From positions 1 to 28,225 of the IMG/VR virus record IMGVR_UViG_2526164619_000012: DNA of 28,225 nt, one strand, 5' to 3'. Shown in pieces: positions 10,617 to 19,320 of this stretch. A program made the position numbers and the translations under genes. Position 1 is the first letter of the stretch. Each line of letters starts with the position of its first letter. This DNA comes from a virus. Taxonomy: Duplodnaviria; Heunggongvirae; Uroviricota; Caudoviricetes. The notes below the pieces were generated by a model, which was given only the letters and a program-made list of their open reading frames with translations, was not told where the DNA came from and did no database searches.

Positions 10617-11115
10617 TGCAGGATATCCGGCAGGAAACACTGAATGAATGCACCCGTGCGGAGCAGTCGGCCAGCGTGGTGCTCTGGGAAATCGACCTGA
10701 CAGAGGTCGGTGGAGAACGTTATTTTTCTGTAATGAGCAGAACGAAAAAGGTGAGCCGGTCACCTGGCAGGGGCGACAGTATCAGCCGTATCCCATTCAG
10801 GGGAGTGGTTTTGAACTGAATGGCAAAGGCACCAGTACGCGCCCCACGCTGACGGTTTCTAACCTGTACGGTATGGTCGCCGGGATGGCGGAAGATCTGC
10901 AGAGTCTGGTCGGCGGAACGGTGGTCCGGCGTAAGGTTTACGCCCGTTTTCTGGATGCGGTGAACTTCGTCAACGGAAACAGTGACGCCGATCCGGAGCA
11001 GGAGGTGATCAGCCGCTGGCGCATCGAGCAGTGCAGCGAACTGAGCGCGGTCAGTGCCTCTTTTGTGCTGGCCACACCAACGGAGACGGATGGCGCGGTT
11101 TTCCCGGGGCGTATC
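10616..11115 (+). pseudogene. L: Tail assembly protein L, N-terminal 156 codons (frameshifted and truncated at the inversion breakpoint)
   Basis: MQDIRQETLNECTRAEQSASVVLWEIDLTEVGGERYF then a frameshift in the T5 run at 10723-10727 (lambda continues ...FFCNEQNEKGEPVTWQ, which is readable in the next frame). Homology ends at ...AVFPGRI (11115). Confidence 0.75.
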
Positions 11116-11116
11116 A

Positions 11117-13476
11117 CCCCTTCAGCACCTCCTCAGCCCTCCGGTAGTCCTCCGTCCCGTAAGTGCCTTTCTGGCGACTGTCATTCTCAAGCTGTTGCAA
11201 CTGTTGCCGGTATTCCTGCCGGATGCGCAACTGTGCCTGGTAGCGCTGCCGCTGCTTATCCCCCATACCTGCAGTGGCAATATCCAGATTGTGCTGCTCA
11301 CGCAGTGCACGTTCTTTGTCTGCCAGCTGGCTGGTCAGCTGAACCGTTTTTTTCTCAGGTCGTTAAGCGCTGTCTGTTTCTGCAGCTCCTGCTGTTTCAC
11401 ATCCAGCAGCGTCAGCGCCTGAATCAGCTCATTCTTACGGGCCAGCACACTCTTTTCATCTGCCGTCAGCTTTTTCCCGTCCAGGTCGCTGATGCGCTGC
11501 TGCAGGGCCAGAAGCTGTTTATGCGCTTCAGTCATCCTTTCAGTGGCAATGCCTGCTGACTGTCTGGCAGCAGCAATCTGCCCTTCCACCTGTGCCTGCT
11601 GCTGACTGTACTGCAGCAATAACCGGGTGGCCTCATCATTACGGGTTGCCCGTGTATTTTTCTTAATGGCTTTTTCGTAACGTTCATTTTCACGCTGTAT
11701 CGCCGCATCCCTGACAGCCTAGTCGGCGTACTGCATGGCATTAATACGCGCAATTTCCCGCTGATGTCGTGCAGCTTCCGTTTCATTCATCCGGTTCAGC
11801 GCGGCATTTTCAGCATTCCGGCGTTTCTGTTGCTCCTGGTAATTCCGTTCTGCCTGCGCTTTTGCATCCTGCAAATCCTTCCGGCGTTTTTTCTCCTGAA
11901 GATCGTTAAGACGCTGCTGATCGTACTCCACCTGTGTGGAGGCGTTTGTCCACGGATATTTTTTCGCGCGCTGAATTTTTTCCTGTAACGCATCAATCTG
12001 CGCATCCAGCGAGTCTTCACGACCAATATTCATGGCCGCATCCCAGAACTGCTTCCACCAGTCAGACAAGGTTTGCAGCGTACTACCCAGCGCATTGAGA
12101 TTATTATCAATATCAGATGTGCGTTTACCGGTTTCCTCTGCCAGCGCAGACATGGCGATCCGGGCCGCATCACTGGACCGCCCCTGCTCCCCAAGGACGC
12201 GTATCTGCTCAAGCTGAGTGGCAGTCAAAAAATGCAGCGCATTGTCCAGCGCCTTCGCGGCATTTACAGGATCATCCTTCAGCCGCTTAAACTGATTTAT
12301 GGTATCGCTGACCGACTGGCCAACCGATCGCTCCATCTGTGCGGCAGCTTTCGCCACCATACCAATATCGTTTCCATGAAATGCCCCACTGCCCACCACC
12401 TGTGCCAGCGCACCGGCTGCCGCATGTTGCGTGATACCATTCCCGGATATGGCCCGGCTGAGTTTCCACAACTGCCCGACAGTGACACCGGCATAATGTC
12501 CCGTCAGCGCCAGCTGACGGTTAAATTCCTCGCCCTCCTTCCGGCCGTCATGCCAGGCTTTACCCAGACCCAGGACCGCCGCGACAAGTCCGCCAATAAC
12601 GCCGCCAGTCATCATGCCTTTCGGCGACATCAGTGCGCCTGTCCATCCGGCACGGTTAGCCAGCGTTATCCCGGATCCCCTCAGCGCACCAAAATTGCCG
12701 CGCGCCATCTGACTGATTAACCCCCCCAGCTCCCGCCGGGCTGCCGCACTTTTCAGCCCCAGCGAATGTGTGGCTTTTCCTGCCCGCTCCATTTTGCGGA
12801 TATACACTTCTGCAGCACTGCTTACCCCCAGCTGAGCCGCCCTGGCGCGAAGCAACTCAGAAGACGACAGATTCTGGCGGGTTGCCTGCTCTTTAAGCTG
12901 GCGGATAAACGCCGCTTTCTGCCGGGTGGCCTGTTCCTCTGCCTGCGTCAGGGCACGGGTTTTCGCCGTGATCTCCGAAATCAACGCCAGATAATCCTGC
13001 TGACCAACCCCGCCACTGTTTCTGGCCTGTCGGATCTGCTGCTGAATACGCTGTAATTCCTGAAGCCCCGCACCGGCCTGTTTCACACTGTCAATCTGGC
13101 GATAAAAGGCGGCAGCCGCTTTATCCTGCGCCTCCGCCAGTGCCCTGGCCTGCGCCTGTTCCTCGCGCATTTTCTGATTCAGGGCATCCACGCGCAGACG
13201 GGTTTGTTCCACCTCACGGGCCATGCGTTCATGAGCCCGTGCATTCTTCTCCACCGTCTGCGCATGGGCTGATGCTGCTGTTACAGCCGAAGAAGCCGCC
13301 TGCATTGTCTGCCGGGCCGCCTGAGTCTGACGCTCCATAAAACGCTGCATACGGGCAGAAGACCGTTCTGCATCACCGGCTGCACCATTCAGAAGGTTTT
13401 TGATACGGGGAATTTCATTTTTAAACTCTGCCGCATCAATCCCCAAATCAATGACCAGGTTGGCTATCTGGTCCAT
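11117..13476 (-). pseudogene. H: Tape measure protein H, N-terminal part (amber stop plus homopolymer frameshift, truncated at the inversion breakpoint)
   Basis: Starts MDQIANLVIDLGIDAAEF... (lambda MAEPVGDLVVDLSLDAARF...). In-frame TAG at 11719-11721, after which the same frame continues (...AMQYAD*AVRDAAIQRENERYEKA...). A second break in the A7 run (plus-strand T-run 11347-11353) is followed by a coiled-coil frame that ends ...EEVLKG at 11117. Confidence 0.8.
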
Positions 13477-13790
13477 AACGCACACCTCCGGAAATACCTT
13501 CCCCAAGATGCATCAGTTCTTCGTCCGTTCGCTCCGGTATCCAGTTCTCTTCCGGTAAAAGGCTGAAATCAGCCACCGCAGCATCACTGCTGCCGGACAC
13601 CATTCTCACGATCAATGCCTTCAGCGAGGCAAACTGCGCATCCATCCACACATCACTGAAGCTCTGCATCCGGAAATAATCGCCCCACTCACCAAGCTCA
13701 GTGGCCGACATTTCCGACAGCATCCGCCGCCAGTCTGCCCGCCGGAACTCCCGGGCAAGCCGCATGACAAACTGCATTTCCCGCGTCAGG
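13448..13790 (-). CDS. T: Tail assembly chaperone T segment (expressed as a G-T fusion by -1 frameshifting)
   Basis: 109-aa ORF in the -1 frame relative to G; it overlaps the 3' end of G and the 5' end of H, which is the lambda G/GT arrangement. Confidence 0.6.
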
Positions 13791-14172
13791 ACTTTTCCGG
13801 CGTCAGCGCCTCATGATCATCATCCCCGGCATTCTCAATGGTCCCCATACCGCTCAGCGACAGAACCCTCTCCGCCCCCGCGCCCAGCGCATCATACGAC
13901 CATGTTGTCATAATGGATGCGCAAAGCGTCTCAACATCCTGAGACTGCTCAGCATTCCACAGTGAGCGGGAAACCAGCCAGGCATTGATATCCATTCCCA
14001 TACGCAGAAAAGCAATCTGTCGTTCAGCCTCCGGCAGTTCTCCCTCCTGTGCATCAAACTTTGCCGTTCGCTGCTGAACAAACGTCAGATATTCAATTCT
14101 CTGCAGCCCGGACAGCTCACTGAGCACCACGGACTGTTTTTCATAATTAAACGTATCCTGTTTCAGAAACAT
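13786..14172 (-). CDS. G: Tail assembly chaperone G
   Basis: MFLKQDTFNYEKQSVVLSELSGLQRIEYL... matches lambda G (MFLKTESFEHNGVTVTLSELSALQRIEHL...). Confidence 0.7.
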   Translation of the reverse strand: MFLKQDTFNYEKQSVVLSELSGLQRIEYLTFVQQRTAKFDAQEGELPEAERQIAFLRMGMDINAWLVSRSLWNAEQSQDVETLCASIMTTWSYDALGAGAERVLSLSGMGTIENAGDDDHEALTPEKS

Positions 14173-14230
14173 CATGTTCTCCGGATGCAAAAAGCCCCGG
14201 ATAACCGGGACAATGATGAGTATCGTCCTG

Positions 14231-14971
14231 TTATGGTGCGCTGACGGTCACCGCAGCCACTGCCACAAACTCTCCGTCAGAGGTCATGCCCACGATGCTG
14301 ACACTGCCCTGCTTCACGCCTTTCACCGTGGCCACAAGCCCGCTCAGGGTCACCGAAGCAGTCTGAGGATCTGACGAATACACACTGATCGCTTTGTCAC
14401 TGGCCCCGTCAGGTTTTACTGTAAAGGTCAGTGTGGTGGTTGCTCCCGCTTTGACACTGACAGATGCCGGTGCCACCGTCAGTCCGGTAACACCCACGGT
14501 TTCAGCGTCCTCCTCTGCCAGATACGGACGCCCCACACCGCTGATTTTTACAGTACGGGTCATCACCTCTTTTGAGGTAATGGTTTTACCCAGTGAACTC
14601 AGCCAGCCACGGAAAACATCAACCGTACCGTTGGGGTATTTGATACGAAACGCGCAGACTTCACCGGAATCGAACAACTGAACCAGTTTTTTCTGCCCGC
14701 TGTCACCCGGACGCCAGGCCAGCGTCGCCAAAGTATCACCGACGGATTTCTGCCCCTGGGTTGTCGTTTTCCAGTCTGCATCTTCATCATCGAGATAAGT
14801 GTCATCTTCTGCATCAGCGGTCATTTCGCCAGGTTGCAGATCCTTCACCATCGCAAGACGCAGCCAGTCAGTGTCCGACAAAGGGTTCGCAAACGCATCG
14901 CCCTAGCCGGTGTACATCCAGAACGTCGTTCCCGCACCTTTCGTCTTTGCCAATGGATTTGGTGTGGTCAT
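14231..14971 (-). pseudogene. V: Major tail protein V with an in-frame amber codon at codon 23
   Basis: From the ATG at 14971: [44 protein letters not shown]..., with TAG at 14903-14905; the remainder is co-linear with lambda V (...[29 protein letters not shown]...). Confidence 0.75.
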
Positions 14972-14981
14972 TGCCACCTCC

Positions 14982-15383
14982 TTAATTCGTGTACGTGATC
15001 TGGTACGTGATTTCCGCCATCGCCCAGGTGGCCATCTCATTATCACGTTGATAGTTAAAACCGAGTGGGTTCATGGTGTCGATGAGTCCGGAAAGTGCCG
15101 GTACATCATTCAGGGCCGGGAAAATGGTGCTCTCCATCCACATATCCAGCTCTGAATCCGGTGCCTGTGCCCGGATGAAGACAGCAATATGCAGAACAGC
15201 CTGCCAGTCATCTTCATCCGTCATTTTTCCGGTGTACTGAGCATCACTCAGCCACACCGCCACGGCAGGCAGTTCCTGCGCATCAACAAATGCCGGAAGC
15301 CCGTCAAAAAACGTGGCGCTGTCTCCACACTGTTCCCGAAGGCGTGCCAGTACGACCTGGCGGATCTGTGTATGTCGGTTCAT
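14982..15383 (-). CDS. U: Minor tail protein U
   Basis: MNRHTQIRQVVLARLREQCGDSATFFDGLPAFVDAQELPAVAVWL... matches lambda U. The start at 15383 overlaps the Z stop (ATGA); an alternative upstream ATG is at 15395. Confidence 0.8.
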   Translation of the reverse strand: MNRHTQIRQVVLARLREQCGDSATFFDGLPAFVDAQELPAVAVWLSDAQYTGKMTDEDDWQAVLHIAVFIRAQAPDSELDMWMESTIFPALNDVPALSGLIDTMNPLGFNYQRDNEMATWAMAEITYQITYTN

Positions 15384-15964
15384 CGGGTCAGCCATAACCT
15401 CAGTTGTTGTTTCAGTGCATACCCCAGCTGTTTCGGCATTTCCGCAGCAATGATGCGGTCGCGGGCATCTTCAAACGCCTGTGTCAGCGCTCCGGACAGC
15501 GGGATTTTCACCACATCAATGGGGTAACGATTTTTGCCGTCAATACGCCGCATCACATGCCAGCGACCATTCGCCAGTTGCTGAATAAACGCATCCCGGA
15601 AAAGGTATTTCCCCACTTTCAGAACGCTGCCACGATGACGTGAGTTGCTGCCATGCCGGGAGCGGGCCAGTCTGACCTGTGCGGTACCCAGCTTAATGGC
15701 GGGCAGGTTACCCCGGTTAACACGCATGCGGGCATACATTTTTCCTGAGGGGCTGGCTTTAAGCAGCCTGACACGCTCCCTGACCGTTTTCAGGGGAATA
15801 CCTTTCACCTGGTTATCCCCGGCAACGGTATTCTGCGCAACCTGCCGTGTGGCGACAGAAATAATCTTTGCCGCCACACGGTTTACCGCCCATGCGCTGG
15901 CCTGTGGCACCATGCGGGTATCGAGGCTGTTCAGATTACGGATGGCATTCTCAAGCCCCTTCAT
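15380..15964 (-). CDS. Z: Minor tail protein Z
   Basis: 194 aa, MKGLENAIRNLNSLDTRMVPQASAWAVNRVAAKIIS...NGRWHVMRRIDGKNRYPIDVVKIP...; co-linear with lambda Z. Confidence 0.85.
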   Translation of the reverse strand: MKGLENAIRNLNSLDTRMVPQASAWAVNRVAAKIISVATRQVAQNTVAGDNQVKGIPLKTVRERVRLLKASPSGKMYARMRVNRGNLPAIKLGTAQVRLARSRHGSNSRHRGSVLKVGKYLFRDAFIQQLANGRWHVMRRIDGKNRYPIDVVKIPLSGALTQAFEDARDRIIAAEMPKQLGYALKQQLRLWLTR

Positions 15965-15975
15965 CCCACACCTCT

Positions 15976-16251
15976 TTACTCAATAAAGATCATTGGTTTA
16001 CCGTTAAAACGTTCATGCCGTGTGACCGTCCATTGTTGTCCGTCATAAACAACGCGGTCCCCGCGCCGTGGGCGGTATCCCGAAGAAAACACCACCAGAG
16101 AGACCGCCGGTCCGGACAGAGCGTTCAGCTCTGCCAGAGTTTCTCCCGGGAGCACAGGCATATAAACATCATTAATCGAGGCCATCTTTCCCATCTTTCT
16201 GACCGTGATCGCATCCATACGCGCTGCCAGCCGGGAAAAGGGATCAGACAT
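15976..16251 (-). CDS. Head-tail joining protein, FII-like
   Basis: 91 aa in the FII position upstream of Z; C-terminal ...RRGDRVVYDGQQWTVTRHE resembles the lambda FII ...RRGDTLTIGEENFWVDRV region. Family assignment is from position and motif only. Confidence 0.5.
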   Translation of the reverse strand: MSDPFSRLAARMDAITVRKMGKMASINDVYMPVLPGETLAELNALSGPAVSLVVFSSGYRPRRGDRVVYDGQQWTVTRHERFNGKPMIFIE

Positions 16252-16567
16252 TGAGTTTTACCGGCACTTCTTCTGCACCAGCTCCGGCATCTGCCCAGAC
16301 AACCCCGACCAGCAGATCAGAGCCGCTGTTAGTCAGCTGAACTTTTCCGGACTTCAGAAAAACCTTCTTACCCGTTTTCATGTCATCCGTTTTCAGCTTA
16401 GGCAGCATAAACACACCTTCGGTCAGGCCGTCGCCTGTTTCACCCTGTGGAATATCGGTCAGCGCCACCGCAAAAACATCACCCACCTGCACCAGATCTC
16501 CGCTGCTGATGGCTGCACTGGCAACAATCGCCACCGTTTTTCCTTCTTCTACAAAATTCTTTGCCAT
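16244..16567 (-). CDS. Small phage head protein of unrecognised family (FI position)
   Basis: ATG at 16567 preceded by a GGAGAC ribosome-binding site; 107 aa, MAKNFVEEGKTVAIVASAAISSGDLVQVGDVFAVALTDIPQGETGDG...; lies between the capsid fragment and the FII-like gene. Confidence 0.4.
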   Translation of the reverse strand: MAKNFVEEGKTVAIVASAAISSGDLVQVGDVFAVALTDIPQGETGDGLTEGVFMLPKLKTDDMKTGKKVFLKSGKVQLTNSGSDLLVGVVWADAGAGAEEVPVKLNV

Positions 16568-16653
16568 AACTGTCTCCGCACAGCCCCGTTCAGGGGCTGA
16601 TTTCAGGTACAAAAAAAGCCCTTACGGGCCATCAGAGTTGTTGTCTGCGACGT

Positions 16654-17333
16654 TTACGCCGTACATTTCACCAGGCCGCGGTGATCAACTGGCGCAACAC
16701 CGGCGTCAATACGCACTTTCGTTGTCACGCCATCCACACTGAAGCCCTCCATCTGATCAATATATGGCGTATCCACACCGTTGAGATAAGCCACTTCAAT
16801 CGTATCGGAGCCTTTGGACGCAGCCAGGTAGAAGGTGGTCTGGCTGTTATCATCAAGACGAGGCTCTGCAATAACGGTCGCAAAATCTTTCACCGGGTTA
16901 ATAATACCGGCGTTAATGTCAGCCCCCTTGACACTTGAGGAGCGAATGACCTGGTTAGCAACAGACTCCATCGCCGTCGGTACCAGTACGAACGCAGGAC
17001 GAATATTCAGATGACGCTCCCCCTCTTTCTGAACACGCATCAACTGGCGGGCTTTATCCAGCGATGCCACGTCCATTGCAGCGCTCTCCAGTACGTTTGC
17101 ATGTTTCGCTTTATCGAACAGACTTACATTATCTGTGGAGATTTTCGGGTTAGACGTCAGAATGGCATAAACCAGATCGGCAATAGTGGATTTCGCCGCA
17201 CGGCCCAGTTTCATCGGGACATCGGTCAGCATATTCAGATCATCGTTGATAATGGCCTGACGGGTGATACTGAACAGTTCACCATAGGTCGCCAGTGCAA
17301 TCGTGGCCTGTTTATCTCCGGTAGTAACGTATT
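16654..17333 (-). pseudogene. Major capsid protein, C-terminal fragment (5' part removed at the IS1 junction)
   Basis: The frame is open from the IS1 boundary at 17333 to the stop at 16654; the sequence (...GELFSITRQAIINDDLNMLTDVPMKLGRAAKSTIADLVYAIL...) resembles a major capsid C-terminal domain. Confidence 0.55.
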
Positions 17334-17348
17334 GGTAATGACTCCAAC

Positions 17349-17852
17349 TTACTGATAGTGTTTTATGTTCAGATAATGCCCGATGACCTTGTCATGCAGC
17401 TCCACCGATTTTGAGAACGACAGTGACTTCCGTCCCAGCCTTGCCAGATGTTGTCTCAGATTCAGATTATGTCGCTCAATGCGCTGAGTGTAACGCTTGC
17501 TGATAACGTGCAGCTTTCCCTTCAGGCGTGATTCATACAGCGGCCAGCCATCCGTCATCCATACCACGACCTCAAAGGCCGACAGCAGGCTCAGAAGACG
17601 CTCCAGTGTGGCCAGAGTGCCTTCACCGAAGACGTGCGCCACAACCGTCCTCCGTATCCTGTCATACGCGTAAAACAGCCAGCGCTGACGTGATTTAGCA
17701 CCGACGTAGCCCCACTGTTCGTCCATTTCAGCGCAGACAATCACATCACTGCCCGGTTGTATGCGCGAGGTTACCGACTGCGGCCTGAGTTTTTTAAGTG
17801 ACGTAAAACCGTGTTGAGGCCAACGCCCATAATGCGTGCACTGGCGCGACAT
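17349..17852 (-). CDS. insB: IS1 InsB
   Basis: 167-aa ORF; one substitution relative to the other copies (VFGEGTL versus VFGERTL). Confidence 0.85.
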   Translation of the reverse strand: MSRQCTHYGRWPQHGFTSLKKLRPQSVTSRIQPGSDVIVCAEMDEQWGYVGAKSRQRWLFYAYDRIRRTVVAHVFGEGTLATLERLLSLLSAFEVVVWMTDGWPLYESRLKGKLHVISKRYTQRIERHNLNLRQHLARLGRKSLSFSKSVELHDKVIGHYLNIKHYQ

Positions 17853-18046
17853 CCGACGCCATTCATGGCCATATCAATGATTTTCTGGTGCGTACCGGGC
17901 TGAGAGGCGGTGTAGGTGAACTGTAGTTGCCATGTTTTACGGCAATGAGAGCAGAGATAGCGCTGATGTCCGGCAGTGCTTTTGCCGTTACGCACCACGC
18001 CTTCAGTAGCGGAGCAGGAAGGACATCTGATGGAAATGGAAGCCAC
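17771..18046 (-). CDS. insA: IS1 InsA
   Basis: 91-aa ORF identical to the InsA of the IS1 copy at 9100-9867. Confidence 0.9.
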   Translation of the reverse strand: MASISIRCPSCSATEGVVRNGKSTAGHQRYLCSHCRKTWQLQFTYTASQPGTHQKIIDMAMNGVGCRASARIMGVGLNTVLRHLKNSGRSR

Positions 18047-18181
18047 GCAAGCACCTTAAAATCACCATCATACACTAAATCAGTAAGTTGGCAGCATTAC
18101 CAGCTGTATTGAAGCATTCCATGAGGCTGAAACCAACCTGAATCACACTGTTTTCCGTCGTAATCAATGGGAGGTGCGCCC

Positions 18182-18415
18182 ATGATTCGCCGCGTCGTTA
18201 ATTCCCTGTATCACCGATACAACCGTTGCCCCCGAGTGGGGCAGTGGTTCACCACCAGCAACGGTCACGTTCTGCGGGTTTGCCTGGTCAATACAGAAAG
18301 CCAGAAGGTTGTCTGCCAGGTTCAGGGACGTACTCATACCCTGAGTTATCCGCTGGTGGCGTTTCAGTCCGGAAAAATGTTTAAACGCCTGGGAGATGGT
18401 TATGCGTCCGTCTGA
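18182..18415 (+). CDS. Hypothetical early-region protein (77 aa) immediately upstream of the O-like gene
   Basis: ATG at 18182 with a strong GGGAGG ribosome-binding site at 18169-18174; MIRRVVNSLYHRYNRCPRVGQWFTTSNGHVLRVCLVNTESQKVVCQVQG...; no family recognised. Confidence 0.4.
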   Translation: MIRRVVNSLYHRYNRCPRVGQWFTTSNGHVLRVCLVNTESQKVVCQVQGRTHTLSYPLVAFQSGKMFKRLGDGYASV

Positions 18416-18902
18416 TCTTCTGCTCGATTTTGGGCATCCGGTTGCTTATTACCCTGGGCTCGTTAAATACATGGGAAGTCCGCACGCTGTTATTTTCTTT
18501 GGTCAGATTTTTTACTGGCAGGATAAAGCACATGCAGCGGAAGGCGTACATAAAACGCGTGAAGAGATACAACACGAAACCGGACTTACATTTGAACAAC
18601 AGGCTGTAGCGCGTAAGCATCTTGTGTCCAGAGGCATTTTGGTTGAAACCAACAAGCGTCTTGAGCACAAAATGTTCTACCGTATAGATTGTGAGCGCCT
18701 TAATGAAATTATCAATGAAAACAATCAGTTTTCCCGAAATGGGGAAACCCGTTTTCGGGAAACTGTAAAACCCAATTTCGCGGAGGAGGGAAAGCCTTCA
18801 CCGCGGACACGGGAAACCCCTCGCCGCGGAGAAGGGAAAACCAATTTCGATCTTACAGAGAATACAACAGAGATTACTTCAGAGAATACTACAGAGAGTT
18901 AA
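18396..18902 (+). CDS. Replication initiator, O-like N-terminal (iteron-binding) part; ends at an in-frame TAA
   Basis: Occupies the O position upstream of the dnaC-like and dnaB-like genes; the 3' part of the coding sequence contains iteron-like repeats, as in lambda O. Confidence 0.55.
   Translation: MVMRPSDLLLDFGHPVAYYPGLVKYMGSPHAVIFFGQIFYWQDKAHAAEGVHKTREEIQHETGLTFEQQAVARKHLVSRGILVETNKRLEHKMFYRIDCERLNEIINENNQFSRNGETRFRETVKPNFAEEGKPSPRTRETPRRGEGKTNFDLTENTTEITSENTTES
18729..18865. repeat. Putative lambda-type origin of replication: five or six tandem ~22-24 bp iterons followed by an A/T-richer stretch
   Basis: Units TTTTCCCGAAATGGGGAAACCC / GTTTTCGGGAAACTGTAAAACCC / AATTTCGCGGAGGAGGGAAAGCC / TTCACCGCGGACACGGGAAACCCC / TCGCCGCGGAGAAGGGAAAACC share the core TTTCgCGG...GGGAAAaCC. 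Confidence 0.55.
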
Positions 18903-19310
18903 AACACTATTGGCGCATCCGCTGGCGCGTCTGCACCAGCGCGTTCTGCCCGACAGGAATATTCACCGGAATTTGAACAGGCCTGGCAGGAATATCCCAA
19001 ACGTGCTGGTGGCAATTCCAAGTCAGCAGCCTTCAAAGCCTGGAAAGCCCGTATCAGGGAGGGAATAAAACCGGAGACCATGCTTGATGGCGTGAAGCGG
19101 TATGCTGCCTGGGTACGTGCCACAGGAAATACCGGCACACAGTTCGTGAAGCAGGCTGCGACGTTCTTTGGACCCGATCGTCACTTCGAAGACTTCTGGC
19201 AACAGCCAGCCGCTCCCGGAGGTGGGCGACAGCGACAGGTCGATGTCCTGGCTGGCCTGGGAGCCATGTCTGACAAATTCGGTAAATCCAGTGACAAACT
19301 GACATTCTGA
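18903..19310 (+). pseudogene. Probable C-terminal part of the O-like initiator, in frame with 18396..18902 but separated by TAA
   Basis: The frame is continuous from the TAA at 18900-18902 with no ATG until 19080 (NTIGASAGASAPARSARQEYSPEFEQAWQEYPKRAGGNSKSAAFKAWKARIREGIKPETMLDGVKRYAAW...). Confidence 0.4.
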
Positions 19311-19320
19311 GGTGACAGCG

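Larger units (their letters stand above)
17334..18101 (-). mobile_element. IS1 (768 bp) with no target site duplication
   Basis: Same IS1 ends as the other copies, with insA and insB on the minus strand. The 9-bp flanks differ (TAACGTATT at 17325-17333 versus AGCTGTATT at 18102-18110). Confidence 0.9.

Noticed and set aside
10648-11559. 303-codon plus-strand ORF
   Set aside because: Composite of the L N-terminus (to 11115) followed by antisense read-through of the H region; the L homology ends exactly at the inversion breakpoint.
12073-12720. Plus-strand ORFs (215 aa and others) within 11700-13500
   Set aside because: Antisense to the H N-terminal region, whose minus-strand translation is co-linear with lambda H.
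2760-18902. The four in-frame stop codons (TGA, TAG, TAG, TAA) as evidence of recoding or suppression
   Set aside because: All three stop types are involved, and they coexist with frameshifts, a duplication and IS insertions in the same genes; ordinary pseudogenisation is the simpler explanation.
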